DNA of 64,000 bases from Nitrosopumilaceae archaeon (GCA_965203465.1 CBDBCR010000001.1:928001-992000), one strand, 5' to 3'. Shown: positions 38,298-49,783, numbered from the stretch's first letter. The notes: generated by a model from the sequence alone, not told the origin. Translations and numbers: made by a program.

Positions 38298-40833
38298 ATG
38301 AGCCACAAGACTCCTCGCACGGGGGGGGGGGGGGCGGAAACCTCGTAAACCTCGTCGGCACAAACCTGCCAAACAAAGTTCTGTAACGGTCGAGCAATAC
38401 ACGCACGGCGATCAGAGACCCAATAACCCACCTGTGGGTTTGGTAACGCCTGGCACTGATCCTGACGGCCCGCCAGCCAAATACGAACACGATCCGCGGA
38501 TCAGCCCCCATCTGTCGTGGGCGGGCAAACGTGAAACGCCGGGGTTTGAGGTAGATACCGTCTCGTTGCATACACACGAGAGGGTTGATCCGTCTACTAT
38601 AATAGAAAAGGCATTTAGATCAGAACCTACATCTGCACAGCGTACGTTGTTTTTTGACCAGCCTGAAAACAACCCGCCGTTGAGAGATGCAGTCGACTTT
38701 TACCAACACGATCAAAATTGGACGAACAGGCTGATCGCCGGAGATTCGCTTCTTGTGATGAATTCGTTGTTAGAAAAGGAGGGTATGGAGGGTAAGGTTC
38801 AAACAATATACATAGATCCGCCATATGGAATAAAATATCATTCAAACTTTCAACCGTTTGTTAGCAAAAAGAGCGCCAGGGATGGCAACGACAAAGACAT
38901 GACACAGGAACCAGAAATGATCAAGGCTTTTAGGGATACTTGGAAACTCGGGATTCATTCGTACCTTTCCTATTTGAGAGATCGGTTATTGTTGGCAAAA
39001 AAACTCCTAGCTGACAGTGGGAGTATATTTGTTCAGATATCGATTGAGAACCTACACCACGTTCGAGAGGTTATGGACGAAGTGTTTGGCAACGCCAACT
39101 TCTGCTCTATGATTGTGTTTGCCACTACTACCGGCAAGGGTTCAAAACTACTTGATACTGTAAACGATTTTATTTTGTGGTACGCGAAGGACAAAAAACA
39201 AGTCAAATATAGGCAATTGTACGCCAAAAAAACACTCTCTGACACACAATCCTATGATTTTGTTGAGGATGAAGATGGTGGACGACATGATCTGTCAGAT
39301 GCCGAAAAACAGGACATCGCAACCTACAAAAACCTCAAAGTATTTTGCATCGGTGACACAACATCTGCGTCGTCTAGCCCAAGCACTGTTTTTGAATTTG
39401 AATTCGATGGTGAAAAATTCAACCCTAAACCCCCGAGTGGTTGGAAAACAAACCTACAAGGCATGCAAAATCTAGAGCGCAAGAATAGATTGAGAAAAAA
39501 GGGCAGCAAGCTAGGATATGTTAGATTTTGGAGTGATTTTCCTTTTAAGCGTTTAGATCACATGTGGTCTGACACAAGCCTAGGGTTTGCGAAAAAACTA
39601 TATGTTGTTCGTACCAGTACCAAAGTAATCAAGCGGTGCATTTTGATGACAACTGATCCTGGCGATCTCGTATTGGATCCCACATGCGGTTCAGGCACAA
39701 CGGCGTTCGTGGCAGAAGACTGGGGTAGAAGATGGATCACTTGCGACACGTCTCGGATAGCAATAGCAATTACTCGAAAACGATTGATGACTGCGTTTTA
39801 CAAATACTACAAGCTAGCATACCCCAACACTGGAGTCTCTGCAGGCTTCATATACAAGCAAGCCAAACACGTCACTCTAGAGTCGGTAGCGCAAGACAAA
39901 GAGCCAGAAATTGAAACTTTGTATGATTGCCCAGATCTAGACAACACGCGACATCGTGTATCTGGTCCGTTTACCGTCGAGGCTGTCCCTTCTCCGACCG
40001 CAGTATCGATCGATGCTTTGAATCAACAGGTGGATGGAGAACAACAGGGGGACGGCAGTGCTAACGCTACGCGCCAACAAGAGTGGCGTGACAGTCTACT
40101 AAGGACTGGCATTAGAGGCAAGGGTGGCGATCGAACTCATTTTTTACGCGTCGAGCCACACCCTGTCACAAAACACCTTCACGCTAAGGCTGATACTGGA
40201 TCCGGGGATTTGGCGGTAGTCTCTTTCGGCCCAGAGCATGCGCCATTGGAACAGAGACAGGTGGCGCGCGCACTTGAAGAGGCGGAAAGCTTAGTACCCA
40301 AGCCAAAGATCGTAGTGTTTGCAGCAATGCAGTTTGATCCGGAGGCGGCCAAGGACATAGACGAGACTCGATGGCCGGGCGTGCGAATAATGCGAGCTGA
40401 AATGAACAAGGATCTGCTTACCGCGGATCTCAAAAAAGGCAAGATTAGCGACGACCTATTTTGGCAGGTTGGACGTCCAGATGTAGATCTAGAAACAAGG
40501 AACGGAATGAATGTGGTGACGGTGCGCGGGTTTGATTTCTTTAACGCTGACGGCAAAATTGTCTCGGGAGATGCATCCAACATAGCAATGTGGATGCTCG
40601 ACGAGGATTATGACGGACGTAGTATCTATCCGGGGCAGGTGTTCTTTCCTATGCAAGATGGGGGATGGGAAAAGCTGGCCAAGACGCTTAGGACAAAAAT
40701 TGATCTAGATCTGATCAAAAAATACGCAGGAACTGAATCCATACCATTCAAGACTCGGGACAACAAGCGAGCAGCCGTCAAGATAATCGATGACAGGGGC
40801 ATTGAATCCGTCAGGATATTAGATCTGGAATGA
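38298..40833 (+). CDS. mod: Type III R-M N6-adenine methyltransferase Mod; 5' end out of frame at the G14 tract
   Basis: NRLIAGDSL, IYIDPPY (motif IV), VLDPTCGSGTT (motif I), beta-class order; the mod frame extends upstream of 38434 (VEQYTH..RPNNPPVGLV) to the poly-G; ATG 38298 is preceded by GAGGGG. Confidence 0.92.
38321..38334 (+). repeat. G14 homopolymer tract in the mod 5' coding region
   Basis: 14 consecutive G, the longest homopolymer I found in the window. Confidence 0.95.
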
Positions 40834-43676
40834 AAGGCATCGGCAATCTTGTTATTTGTGGTCCGTATGATGAGCCTGACAGACACTGGAAGTACGATCG
40901 CGTTAGGCGGGAGTTTGAACTTGTTAAGGAAAGACGTGCGGCTGGGTTTCTCATCGCGTCAAAGAACAGCCAGTCATTTGATGACCCTGGCAGGTTTGTT
41001 CCTATAGATGCGGTCAACCGCATACGGGATAGAGTGCGGATGTGGAGAAAATCTGGATACCCACACGTTACCGGTATTACCAAGAGTCTGTTGGAGTTTT
41101 GGCACAACAGTGACATCCGCGAAAACAATCTTTTTTTCTGTCAGCTTGAGGCAATCGAGACGCTGATCTGGATGGTGGAGGTGCCTGAAGCACAACGTCA
41201 AGGACTTGGACTGGTTCAGGACGGCGGGGAGTTTGAGCGCTTGTGCTGCAAGATGGCGACCGGAACTGGAAAGACTGTCGTTATGGGAATGCTCGTGGCA
41301 TGGCAGGTGATCAACAAGGCCACATACCCACAAGATGCTCGGTTCTCGAGGCACATACTTGTCATGGCGCCTGGACTGACTGTCAAATCTAGGCTTCAAG
41401 TGTTGTTACCGGATTCTCCAGACAGCATATACGCGGAGTTTGGCCTCGTGCCGGAATCGTTGTATCAAAAACTCAGAAAAGGCCACGTTGTGGTGCACAA
41501 CTGGCACAAGCTCGTTCCGGAACAGGATACCCCAAAGAGCGTAGTAAAACTAGGAAATGAAAGTCACACCGCGTTTTCTAGAAGAATACTGGAGCATGAT
41601 TATGATCGGATCGTAGTAATAAACGACGAAGCTCACCACGCTTACAGGGCTGGACAGGCCAAGAATGTGTTAAAATCTGAACTCGATCAAGATCGGAAAT
41701 GGATGGAAGGCCTTGACCTAATACACAAGGCACGGACTGTAGTGAGATGTTTTGACTTCTCTGCTACTCCGTTTGTTCCATCTGGCAACGCCGCCATCGA
41801 ATCAGCGCTATTTGGATGGATAGTTTCGGACTTTTCTCTCAACGATGCTATCGAGTCGGGCCTTACAAAGACACCGAAAATAGTTGTAAAGGACGACGCT
41901 AGGCAGTTTGACGAAGAATATAGATCTCGGTTCTATCACATTTACATGGATCGCGAAGTAAACGCAGACATTAACCGTAAGGCAAAGCCTGAAGAACCGT
42001 TGCCAGACCTTATTCACAATGCGTACATGCTGCTGGGAAAAGACTGGGATCAGCGGCGACGCGTGTGGGAGGAGAACGGTTCGGTAGTGCCGCCGGTCAT
42101 GATCACGGTCTGCAACAGGACGGAGACTGCGGCCAGGATAATGCACTCGTTCCAAAATGGCAAGTTTGAGGTAGGAGGCATGTCGGATCCGGTGCACACA
42201 GTGCACATCGATACAAACACACTCAAAAAAGCCGAAGGATCTGTAGGCGACAAGGCATCTGAGCGCCTGCGGCGCAAGGTCAACACGGTCGGCAAGCGCG
42301 GGGAGCCGGGAGAGCAGGTTCGCAACGTCGTTGCAGTACAGATGCTCACAGAGGGCTGGGACGCAAAAAACGTCACGCACATAATGGGTCTGCGGGCCTT
42401 TGCCAGCCAGCTCCTCTGCGAGCAGGTGGTCGGGAGGGGGCTACGTAGAACATCGTACGTGGTAGATCCGGCCACGGGCCTGCTGCCTACCGAGCATGTG
42501 AACGTCTTTGGCGTGCCGTTCACGTTCCTTCCGCACGAGGATGGGGGAGACGACGGGCCTCCCCCGCCGCCCACCACCTTGATAGAGCCGGATCCGGCCA
42601 AGGCCGAGCACGAGATCTCGTGGCCCAACGTGGAGAGGATAGATGTGGTCTTTTCACACGTGCTACGGGTGGACTGGAGCCGTGCGCGGCGCTTGGAGCT
42701 GAGTAGCGACAAGACGGCCACCATCGCGAGCTTGGCGCCTGTCATTGCCGGCAAACCTGCTGTCAGCGGCATGTCGGATCTAGATCTCCGTAACCTCTGC
42801 ACGGATCTGAGAATGCAGCGCGTTATGTTCATGACTGCTCGGAACATCTATGATTCCATTGGCGGAGGCTGGACGGGGGGGTCGACATCACTTCTGGCAC
42901 AGCTAGTCGTACTGGTAGAAGAGTACATGGCACGAGGGCTGGCATCCGTGCCCGACGCCAAAGGAGATCTTTTGCGGACGCGCATGACGCTGATATTCAA
43001 CATGAAGAAGATATCTGCCGAGCTTGAAAGGATCATAAAGACTGACAGCACCGAGAAAAGAGAGATCGTCCTGGGTCAAGTCAAGCATAAATCGACTGCA
43101 CACATGCAGAGGTGGTACACACCAAAGCACGCGATGCACGCATTAAAATGTCACGCCAATCTTGCGGTATACGACTCGTCGTGGGAGGCTGGCGCCGGCG
43201 AAGAGATGGAGCGCAGCGATTTGGTGATCTCGTGGGCCCGCAACTTCAAGATAGGGTTTGTCATAAAGTACCTGTACCGGGGAGTCACGCACGACTACTA
43301 TCCGGACTTTCTGGTGCGCCTTGCCAACGGCGTGACGCTGATCCTGGAGATCAAGGGACGGGACGACGAGCAGAACCGCCGAAAGAGAGAATCCCTCCAA
43401 GAATGGGTGGACGCAGTCAACGAGACCGGCGCGTACGGCGCGTGGGCTTGCGACGTGGCGTTCAGCCCAGGCGATGTCGGCGCGATCCTCAAAAAACACG
43501 CAACCTCCGACATATCATCAAAAGAACGAGCAAAGTGCCCTCGGTGCCTCAGGACTGCCCTCACCAGGCAGGAGGTCGAAAGCGCGTTTGGGTTCCGCAA
43601 CGCGGGCGGGATCGTCAGGCCGCAGTCGTGGTGCCGGGACTGCCGGGCCGGACAGCCTACAGGCAGCGCGGGCTGA
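40830..43676 (+). CDS. res: Type III restriction enzyme Res (SF2 helicase + PD-(D/E)XK) with a C-terminal Cys4 extension
   Basis: FCQLEAIET, MATGTGKT, DEAHH, SATP, EGWD, QVVGRGLR, YYPDFLV..ILEIKG; ATGA-coupled to mod. Confidence 0.93.
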   Translation: MKGIGNLVICGPYDEPDRHWKYDRVRREFELVKERRAAGFLIASKNSQSFDDPGRFVPIDAVNRIRDRVRMWRKSGYPHVTGITKSLLEFWHNSDIRENNLFFCQLEAIETLIWMVEVPEAQRQGLGLVQDGGEFERLCCKMATGTGKTVVMGMLVAWQVINKATYPQDARFSRHILVMAPGLTVKSRLQVLLPDSPDSIYAEFGLVPESLYQKLRKGHVVVHNWHKLVPEQDTPKSVVKLGNESHTAFSRRILEHDYDRIVVINDEAHHAYRAGQAKNVLKSELDQDRKWMEGLDLIHKARTVVRCFDFSATPFVPSGNAAIESALFGWIVSDFSLNDAIESGLTKTPKIVVKDDARQFDEEYRSRFYHIYMDREVNADINRKAKPEEPLPDLIHNAYMLLGKDWDQRRRVWEENGSVVPPVMITVCNRTETAARIMHSFQNGKFEVGGMSDPVHTVHIDTNTLKKAEGSVGDKASERLRRKVNTVGKRGEPGEQVRNVVAVQMLTEGWDAKNVTHIMGLRAFASQLLCEQVVGRGLRRTSYVVDPATGLLPTEHVNVFGVPFTFLPHEDGGDDGPPPPPTTLIEPDPAKAEHEISWPNVERIDVVFSHVLRVDWSRARRLELSSDKTATIASLAPVIAGKPAVSGMSDLDLRNLCTDLRMQRVMFMTARNIYDSIGGGWTGGSTSLLAQLVVLVEEYMARGLASVPDAKGDLLRTRMTLIFNMKKISAELERIIKTDSTEKREIVLGQVKHKSTAHMQRWYTPKHAMHALKCHANLAVYDSSWEAGAGEEMERSDLVISWARNFKIGFVIKYLYRGVTHDYYPDFLVRLANGVTLILEIKGRDDEQNRRKRESLQEWVDAVNETGAYGAWACDVAFSPGDVGAILKKHATSDISSKERAKCPRCLRTALTRQEVESAFGFRNAGGIVRPQSWCRDCRAGQPTGSAG

Positions 43677-43795
43677 CTGGCCGGTTTCGAGTAGCCCGGA
43701 ACGGCCGCCTGCGAGGCGCGGGGTCTATTTATTATGACCAAGCATCCAACAATACTGACACGCGGGCGGTTATACCCTTTTGGCGATGCCCGTCC

Positions 43796-44539
43796 ATGAA
43801 CAACACCGAGACCGAGCTCGTAGCAAAGCCGGTCAAGGACATGTACGGGACGCCCATGGGTACCATCCTTGGCACGATCACCGACATCGACGGCAGCATC
43901 CAGACGGTCGCCATAGACTGCGGGTCTGCCGGCCTGCTCCAGGTGCCCTTCGAGCAGCTGGTGGTGCAGGGCGACGTGGTGGTCTTTGTGCCAAAGTGGC
44001 GGCTCGACTCCCAGAGGCTCATCCGGGAGAAGGGCCTGGTGCTCAGGAGGCTCAAGGCGCTTCTGGGCATAGTGGCAGAAGACGACGAGATGAAGCAGGA
44101 CGCCGAGGTCATACACGGCAGGTACCGCGACAGGCTCTCCTCGCTGGAAGAGTCCGAGCGCTCCATCTGCGCCGTGCTCGAATCGCGCCTTGCAGAGCTG
44201 GACTCGCAGATGAGGGCGGCAAAGACCGTCGTCTTCGACGCGAAAGTCCAGTTCCGCAGCGGCGAGATAGGCGAGGCCGCCTTTGAGCGCGTCCGCAAGC
44301 AGTCCGAGTCGCTGGTCGACCACATCGTCCACGAGCGCGCCGAGATAGCCAACGTCCAGAGGCGCATAGCCGACCTGGACATGGAGATCAAGGATGCCAC
44401 CTCGACGCCCCCGGTGCAGGAGTCGGCTGCCGGCTACATCGCCCAAGAGCCGACCGCCCCGCTGCCCGAGGCGCCCACCGGCGAGCCCGAAGCGCCCGCG
44501 CAGGACTGGCTTTCCAGGATGGAAGCGCAGCAGGCCTGA
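43796..44539 (+). CDS. cdvA: Cell division protein CdvA
   Basis: PRC-barrel N-terminus (KPVKDMYG..G.I...TDIDG), then coiled coil, K.Q..SGEI.E. Confidence 0.88.
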   Translation: MNNTETELVAKPVKDMYGTPMGTILGTITDIDGSIQTVAIDCGSAGLLQVPFEQLVVQGDVVVFVPKWRLDSQRLIREKGLVLRRLKALLGIVAEDDEMKQDAEVIHGRYRDRLSSLEESERSICAVLESRLAELDSQMRAAKTVVFDAKVQFRSGEIGEAAFERVRKQSESLVDHIVHERAEIANVQRRIADLDMEIKDATSTPPVQESAAGYIAQEPTAPLPEAPTGEPEAPAQDWLSRMEAQQA

Positions 44540-44613
44540 GGCGCGGTTTCTCCATTTTTTCGCAGCCACCGCGGGGGCGATACCGTTTTTTATGGCGCGC
44601 CGCCACGCCTCCC

Positions 44614-46470
44614 GTGGGGTACGTGCGCGGGCTGGGCCGCAGCGGCGGGGGCGTGCGGGAGCTGGCCGGGCGCGACAGCGCCTCGTTCTGGGAGGGGCAG
44701 GCGCGCCTGCTCGACTGGCACGCCCCGTGGGACAGGGCGCTGCGGTGGGATCCGCCGCGCGCAAGGTGGTTCGAGGGCGGGCGCATCAACGCGTGCTACA
44801 ACGCGCTGGACAGGCACGCCGACAAGTCAAAGACGGCGATACTGTGGGAGGCAGAAGACGGGAGCTCGCGCTCTTTTTCGTACTCGGATCTCTTGTCGGA
44901 GGCCGAGCGCGTGGCAGGCGCGCTCTCCTCCATGGGGGTCTCAAAGGGGGACAGGGTGGCCATATACCTGCCCATGGTGCCCGAGCTGCCCGTATCGATG
45001 CTGGCATGCGCCCGGATAGGGGCCGTCCACGCGGTCGTCTTTTCGGGGTTCGGCGCGGCGGCCCTCAGGCAGAGGCTGGAGGATTCGGGCGCGAGGGCGC
45101 TGATCACGGCCGACGGCATGTACAGGCGCGGCAGGGCGATCCCGCTAAAGCCGGCCGCCGACGAGGCCGCGCGCGGCCTGCCCGTCGAAAGCACGGTGGT
45201 GGTGCGCAGGACCGGCCAACAGACGCGGATGGGCCAGCGCGACCTGTGGTGGGACGAGCTTGAGGGGAGAGCGCCGGCCCTCCCCGTCGAGAGCTCGCAC
45301 CCGCTCTTTATACTGTACACGTCCGGGACCACCGGCAAGCCCAAGGGAATACTGCACGGGACCGGCGGGTACCTGACGCACGTCCACTCTACGTTCAGGT
45401 GGGCGTTCGACCTACGGGACGGGGACGTGTACTGGTGCACGGCCGACATCGGGTGGGTGACAGGGCACAGCTACGTGGTGTACGGGCCGCTCATGTGCGG
45501 GGCCACGCAGGTGATCTACGAGGGGGCCCCCGACCACCCGACGCCGGAGCGCCCGTGGCAGATAGCCTCAAAGCGCGGGGCCACGATACTGTACACCACG
45601 CCGACGGCGCTGCGGATGCTCATGCGCCGCGGCGATCCGCCCGCCGGCTGCGACCTGTCGGCGCTGCGCCTGCTGGGGACCGTTGGCGAGCCGATAAACC
45701 CGGAGGTCTGGCGTTGGTACCACGATTCGGTCGGGGGCCGGCGCTGCCCCGTAATAGACACGTGGTGGCAGACCGAGACGGGCGGCATGATGGTCTCGGC
45801 GCTGCCCGGCATCGAGGACGCGGATCCGAAGCCGGGCTCGGCCGGGTTCCCGGTGCCGGGCGTGCGCCTGTCGGTGCTGGACGGGGACGGCGCCGAGGCC
45901 GGGCCGGGCGAGCGCGGGTACCTGACGATAGACGGCCCGTGGCCGGGCATGATGCTGACGGTGTGGGGCGACGAGGAGAGGTACGAACAGTACTGGTCAA
46001 AGTACCCGGGCAGGTACTACGCGGGCGACTATGCGGTGCGCGACCAAGACGGGTACTTTTGGGTGCTGGGCCGCGCCGACGACGTCCTGAAGGTCTCGGG
46101 CCACCGCCTGGGGACCGCCGAGCTCGAATCCGCGCTGGTCTCGCACCCCGGCGTGGCAGAGGCGGCCGTGTGCGGGGTGCCCGACGAGGTGCGCGGCGAG
46201 GCCATAGCCGCGTTCGCGGTGCTGCGCGAGGGCGCCTCGTGCACAGGCGAAGAGCTGGTCGAGTGGGTGCGTCAAAAGATGGGCGCCGTGGCCGCCCCGT
46301 CGCGCATGCACATAGTGCCCCGCCTGCCAAAGACGCGCAGCGGCAAGATAATGAGGAGGCTGCTGCGCGATCTGGCCGAGGGCAGAGAGGCCGGCGATAC
46401 GAGCACCATCGAGGATCCGGGGGCCGTCTCGGACGTGCGCGCGGCGATAAAGGGGCGCGATCGGGCCTAG
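44614..46470 (+). CDS. acs: Acetate--CoA ligase (AMP-forming)
   Basis: [50 protein letters not shown]. Confidence 0.93.
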   Translation: MGYVRGLGRSGGGVRELAGRDSASFWEGQARLLDWHAPWDRALRWDPPRARWFEGGRINACYNALDRHADKSKTAILWEAEDGSSRSFSYSDLLSEAERVAGALSSMGVSKGDRVAIYLPMVPELPVSMLACARIGAVHAVVFSGFGAAALRQRLEDSGARALITADGMYRRGRAIPLKPAADEAARGLPVESTVVVRRTGQQTRMGQRDLWWDELEGRAPALPVESSHPLFILYTSGTTGKPKGILHGTGGYLTHVHSTFRWAFDLRDGDVYWCTADIGWVTGHSYVVYGPLMCGATQVIYEGAPDHPTPERPWQIASKRGATILYTTPTALRMLMRRGDPPAGCDLSALRLLGTVGEPINPEVWRWYHDSVGGRRCPVIDTWWQTETGGMMVSALPGIEDADPKPGSAGFPVPGVRLSVLDGDGAEAGPGERGYLTIDGPWPGMMLTVWGDEERYEQYWSKYPGRYYAGDYAVRDQDGYFWVLGRADDVLKVSGHRLGTAELESALVSHPGVAEAAVCGVPDEVRGEAIAAFAVLREGASCTGEELVEWVRQKMGAVAAPSRMHIVPRLPKTRSGKIMRRLLRDLAEGREAGDTSTIEDPGAVSDVRAAIKGRDRA

Positions 46471-47483
46471 AACCACTTTTCGAGCGTCTGGCTCTTTTTT
46501 TCGTGCGCCTTTCTGAGCCTGTTGAGGGCAGAGCCTGCCCTCTCCTGCGAAAAGTCCCTACCGGCCAGGTAGTCCGAGAGCCTTTCGTAGTCGGGCGAGC
46601 CGAACTCGAACTCCGGCTCCCCTACTTCCGGCTCTAGGAATATCCTCCTTATCTGCCCGTAGTCGGTCTGCTCCAGCTTGCCCTCGAGGGAGGGTATGTC
46701 CTCGAGGCGGCCGTGCTTTTTGATCAGCTTTAGGGCCGTCTTGGGGCCTATGCCCCTGAACCCGTCGGGGTTGAAGTCGGTGCCGATCAGTATCCCCACG
46801 TCGACGAGCTGCTCGCGGGTTATGCCCAGCGCGTCGGTGCACTTTGCCGACTCTATGATCTCGGGCTCGACATCGACGTACGCGTTGCGGTTGGGGATCT
46901 TGCGCCTGCCGGCTGTCGTAAAGTTGCGCACCAGGCGCCTCGCGCCGAACAGCACCGAATCGAAGTCCTGGCTGGCAGAGGCGAACGCGGCGCCGGTCTG
47001 CGTCATGCGGGCCGCGGTGGCCTCGCCCTCGGAGGGCGCATCGACGTGGGGTATGCCCATCATGGAGAGCACCTCCTTTGACTCTTCTACTATCTGCTCG
47101 GTCAGGCTGGTCGTCTGCTGCGCGTACTTTTTGGCGTCCTCGCGGCGGCCCTCGCGCACGGCCGCCTCGTACTTTACCGACGCGTCGCGCTTTATCCTCC
47201 TCCTGCGCTCTATCTCGGCCGACTTTAGGTGCGGCGGCCTGCCGTCGAAGACGTAAACCGGCTTTATGCCAAGCGAGACGTAGTTTACGTTGCGGTACAG
47301 CAGGCCGCTGACGTGGCTGGTCACCCTGCCGCGCGAATCGGTCAGGCTCGTCCCGTCCTGGCCCCTGATGGTGGAGAGGAACTGGTATATGGCGTTGTAC
47401 GCGTCTATGGCCACGACGCGCGAGGCGAACGATTCGAGCCTGGTCCTGTCCCTGACCACAAGGTCCTTGAGGTTGAGCCCCAC
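46467..47483 (-). CDS. fen: Flap endonuclease 1
   Basis: [39 protein letters not shown]-terminal PIP-like QTLEKWF. Confidence 0.97.
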   Translation of the reverse strand: MGLNLKDLVVRDRTRLESFASRVVAIDAYNAIYQFLSTIRGQDGTSLTDSRGRVTSHVSGLLYRNVNYVSLGIKPVYVFDGRPPHLKSAEIERRRRIKRDASVKYEAAVREGRREDAKKYAQQTTSLTEQIVEESKEVLSMMGIPHVDAPSEGEATAARMTQTGAAFASASQDFDSVLFGARRLVRNFTTAGRRKIPNRNAYVDVEPEIIESAKCTDALGITREQLVDVGILIGTDFNPDGFRGIGPKTALKLIKKHGRLEDIPSLEGKLEQTDYGQIRRIFLEPEVGEPEFEFGSPDYERLSDYLAGRDFSQERAGSALNRLRKAHEKKSQTLEKWF

Positions 47484-47555
47484 GCTTGGCGCCCGGCCCC
47501 GCCGTATTTGTTGCTACCCCACAGCTAATATAGAGCGCGCCGGGGGGCGCGGGCC

Positions 47556-48659
47556 GTGAGGCTCTTGGAGTTCCAGGCAAAGGAGCTGTTCTCCGAGTAC
47601 GGGATACCGGTGCCGCCGAGCAGGGCCTCCAGGGACGTAGGCGAGGGGCGCCGGCACGCGCAGGACTTGGGCTTTCCGTTCGTCGCAAAGATACAGGTGC
47701 CGGTCGGCGGCAGGGGCAAGGCCGGCGGCATACAAAAGTGCTCGAGCATGGACGAGTTCGAGATAAAGTACCCGCAGGTGCTCGGCATGGAGATAAAGGG
47801 CGAAAAGGCGCGCGCGGTCCTGCTCGAGAGGATGGTCGAGGCCGAGCGCGAGCTGTACCTTTCGGTGTTTTTGAACAGGAGCAAGAGGTGCTACACGGTC
47901 ATCGCCTCGGCCGAGGGGGGCGTGGAGATAGAATCCGTGAAAAACCAGACCATCCGCGAGGTCGGCTTGGGGGAAGTCGATCCCGAGACCGCCCGCTCGG
48001 TGGCCTCGGAGATGGGCCTGGACGGCGAGCAGGCGGAGCAGCTCTCCGACATACTACAGAAACTTGGCAGGCTGGCGGCCGAAAAGGAGGCAGAACTGGT
48101 CGAGATAAACCCGCTGGGCGCCCTAAAGGACGGCCCGCTGGTGGCCCTCGACGGCAAGCTGGTGACGGACGACAACGCCTCGTTCCGGCACCCCGAGCTG
48201 GAAAAGTACCGCGAGGTCTCCGAGGTCGAGGAAAAGGCGGAAAAGGCCGGGTTCAGCCTCGTGGAGCTGGACGGCAACGTGGCCGTGGTGGGCAACGGCG
48301 CCGGGCTGGTCATGTCCACGCTGGACATGCTCTCGGACAACGGCGGCAGGCCCGCCTGCTTTCTGGACGTGGGCGGCGGGGCCACCACCGAATCGGTGCG
48401 CGAGGCGCTCTCTTTGATAGGCAGGATGGGGCGCGTGCGCGCCATACTGGTGAACCTGTACGGGGGGATTGTAAAGACGACCACGGTGGCCTCGGCCTTT
48501 TTGCAGGCCTACGAGGAGGGGATGCTGGACGTGCCCGTCCACGCCCGCCTGAAAGGGGCAGAATCGGAGGAAGCGCGCCGGATGCTCTCCGGCTCGCGCA
48601 CGCAGATGCACGAGACGGTGGAATCTGCCATAAACGCGGCGGTGATGGCGGCAAGATGA
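47556..48659 (+). CDS. sucC: Succinyl-CoA synthetase beta subunit
   Basis: LLEFQAKELF, GGRGKAGG, EINPL, GNGAGLVMSTLD, FLDVGGGA. Confidence 0.95.
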   Translation: MRLLEFQAKELFSEYGIPVPPSRASRDVGEGRRHAQDLGFPFVAKIQVPVGGRGKAGGIQKCSSMDEFEIKYPQVLGMEIKGEKARAVLLERMVEAERELYLSVFLNRSKRCYTVIASAEGGVEIESVKNQTIREVGLGEVDPETARSVASEMGLDGEQAEQLSDILQKLGRLAAEKEAELVEINPLGALKDGPLVALDGKLVTDDNASFRHPELEKYREVSEVEEKAEKAGFSLVELDGNVAVVGNGAGLVMSTLDMLSDNGGRPACFLDVGGGATTESVREALSLIGRMGRVRAILVNLYGGIVKTTTVASAFLQAYEEGMLDVPVHARLKGAESEEARRMLSGSRTQMHETVESAINAAVMAAR

Positions 48660-49558
48660 GCATATTCGAGCTGCTGCGCGGGAGGCCCGGCGAGCCGCAC
48701 TACGGCAAGATGCCGGTGATAGTGCAGGGCATGACCGGCGCGTACGGCTCGGTGCACACGCGCAGCATGGTCTCGTACGGGACCAACGTGGCCGGCGGCG
48801 TCACGCCCGGCAAGGGCGGCCAGGAGTTCGACGGGATACCGGTGTACGGCTCGGCGCGCGAGGCGGTCTCGGAGACCGGCGCCCGGATATCGGCGGTGTT
48901 CGTGCCGGCCAAGTTCTTCCTGGGCGCGGCCACCGAAGCTCTGGAGGCGGGCATCAAACTCTTGGTGGCCATACCGGAGCACGTGCCGGTGCGCGACACG
49001 CTAAAGGTGCTAGAGCTCGCGCGCCAAAAGAACGCCGTCGTGATCGGCCCCAACACGCCCGGCGTGATGATACCGGGGACGATAAAGGTGGGCATAATGC
49101 CGGCGAGCCCGTTCAAGCCGGGCCGCATAGCGGTGCTCTCGAAGAGCGGCACGCTGCTCTACGAGATATCCGACGCGCTGAGCAGCGCAGGATTCGGGCA
49201 GGCCATCACCATAGGCATAGGCGGCGATCCGGTCAACGGGACGCGGCTCGTGGACGCCTTCGAGATGGTGCGCGAATCGGACATCGAGGGCATGGTGGTG
49301 GTAGGCGAGATAGGCGGGGATTCGGAAGAGGTGCTGGCCGAGCGCATAACCGAGACGGGGTTCTCAAAGCCGACGGTGGCGTACATCGCCGGGCGCGCGG
49401 CCCCCAAGGAGAAGCGCATGGGCCACGCGGGGGCCATAGTGATGGGCTCGTACGGCTCGGCAGAATCAAAGATATCTATGTTCAACAGGGCCAACATACC
49501 GGTGGCAAAGAGGCCCGACGAGGTGCCCGTGCTCTTGGCCGGCAAGATGAAGGGCTAA
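48656..49558 (+). CDS. sucD: Succinyl-CoA synthetase alpha subunit
   Basis: VQGMTG, GVTPGKGG, IGPNTPG, SKSGTL, GIGGD, RMGHAGA. Confidence 0.95.
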   Translation: MSIFELLRGRPGEPHYGKMPVIVQGMTGAYGSVHTRSMVSYGTNVAGGVTPGKGGQEFDGIPVYGSAREAVSETGARISAVFVPAKFFLGAATEALEAGIKLLVAIPEHVPVRDTLKVLELARQKNAVVIGPNTPGVMIPGTIKVGIMPASPFKPGRIAVLSKSGTLLYEISDALSSAGFGQAITIGIGGDPVNGTRLVDAFEMVRESDIEGMVVVGEIGGDSEEVLAERITETGFSKPTVAYIAGRAAPKEKRMGHAGAIVMGSYGSAESKISMFNRANIPVAKRPDEVPVLLAGKMKG

Positions 49559-49583
49559 ATACGAGTGCCCGGGAGGGGGGGCC

Positions 49584-49751
49584 GTGCCGATAACGGATCC
49601 GGAAAAGAAGCGCATAGCGCAGCAGGCGCGACTGCACATGCGCATATGCTTCAACTGCGGGGCGCGCAACGACATATCGGCCACGCGCTGCCGCAAGTGC
49701 AAAAACCCCCACCTGCGCCTCAAGAACAGGACGCTGGGCGCCAAAAAGTAA
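49584..49751 (+). CDS. rpl40e: 50S ribosomal protein L40e (not in the ORF track)
   Basis: GTG start; MPITDPEKKRIAQQARLHMRICFNCGARNDISATRCRKCKNPHLRLKNRTLGAKK*. Confidence 0.92.
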   Translation: MPITDPEKKRIAQQARLHMRICFNCGARNDISATRCRKCKNPHLRLKNRTLGAKK

Positions 49752-49783
49752 GGTACAAAAGGCATCGCCCGGCCCGCTACGCC

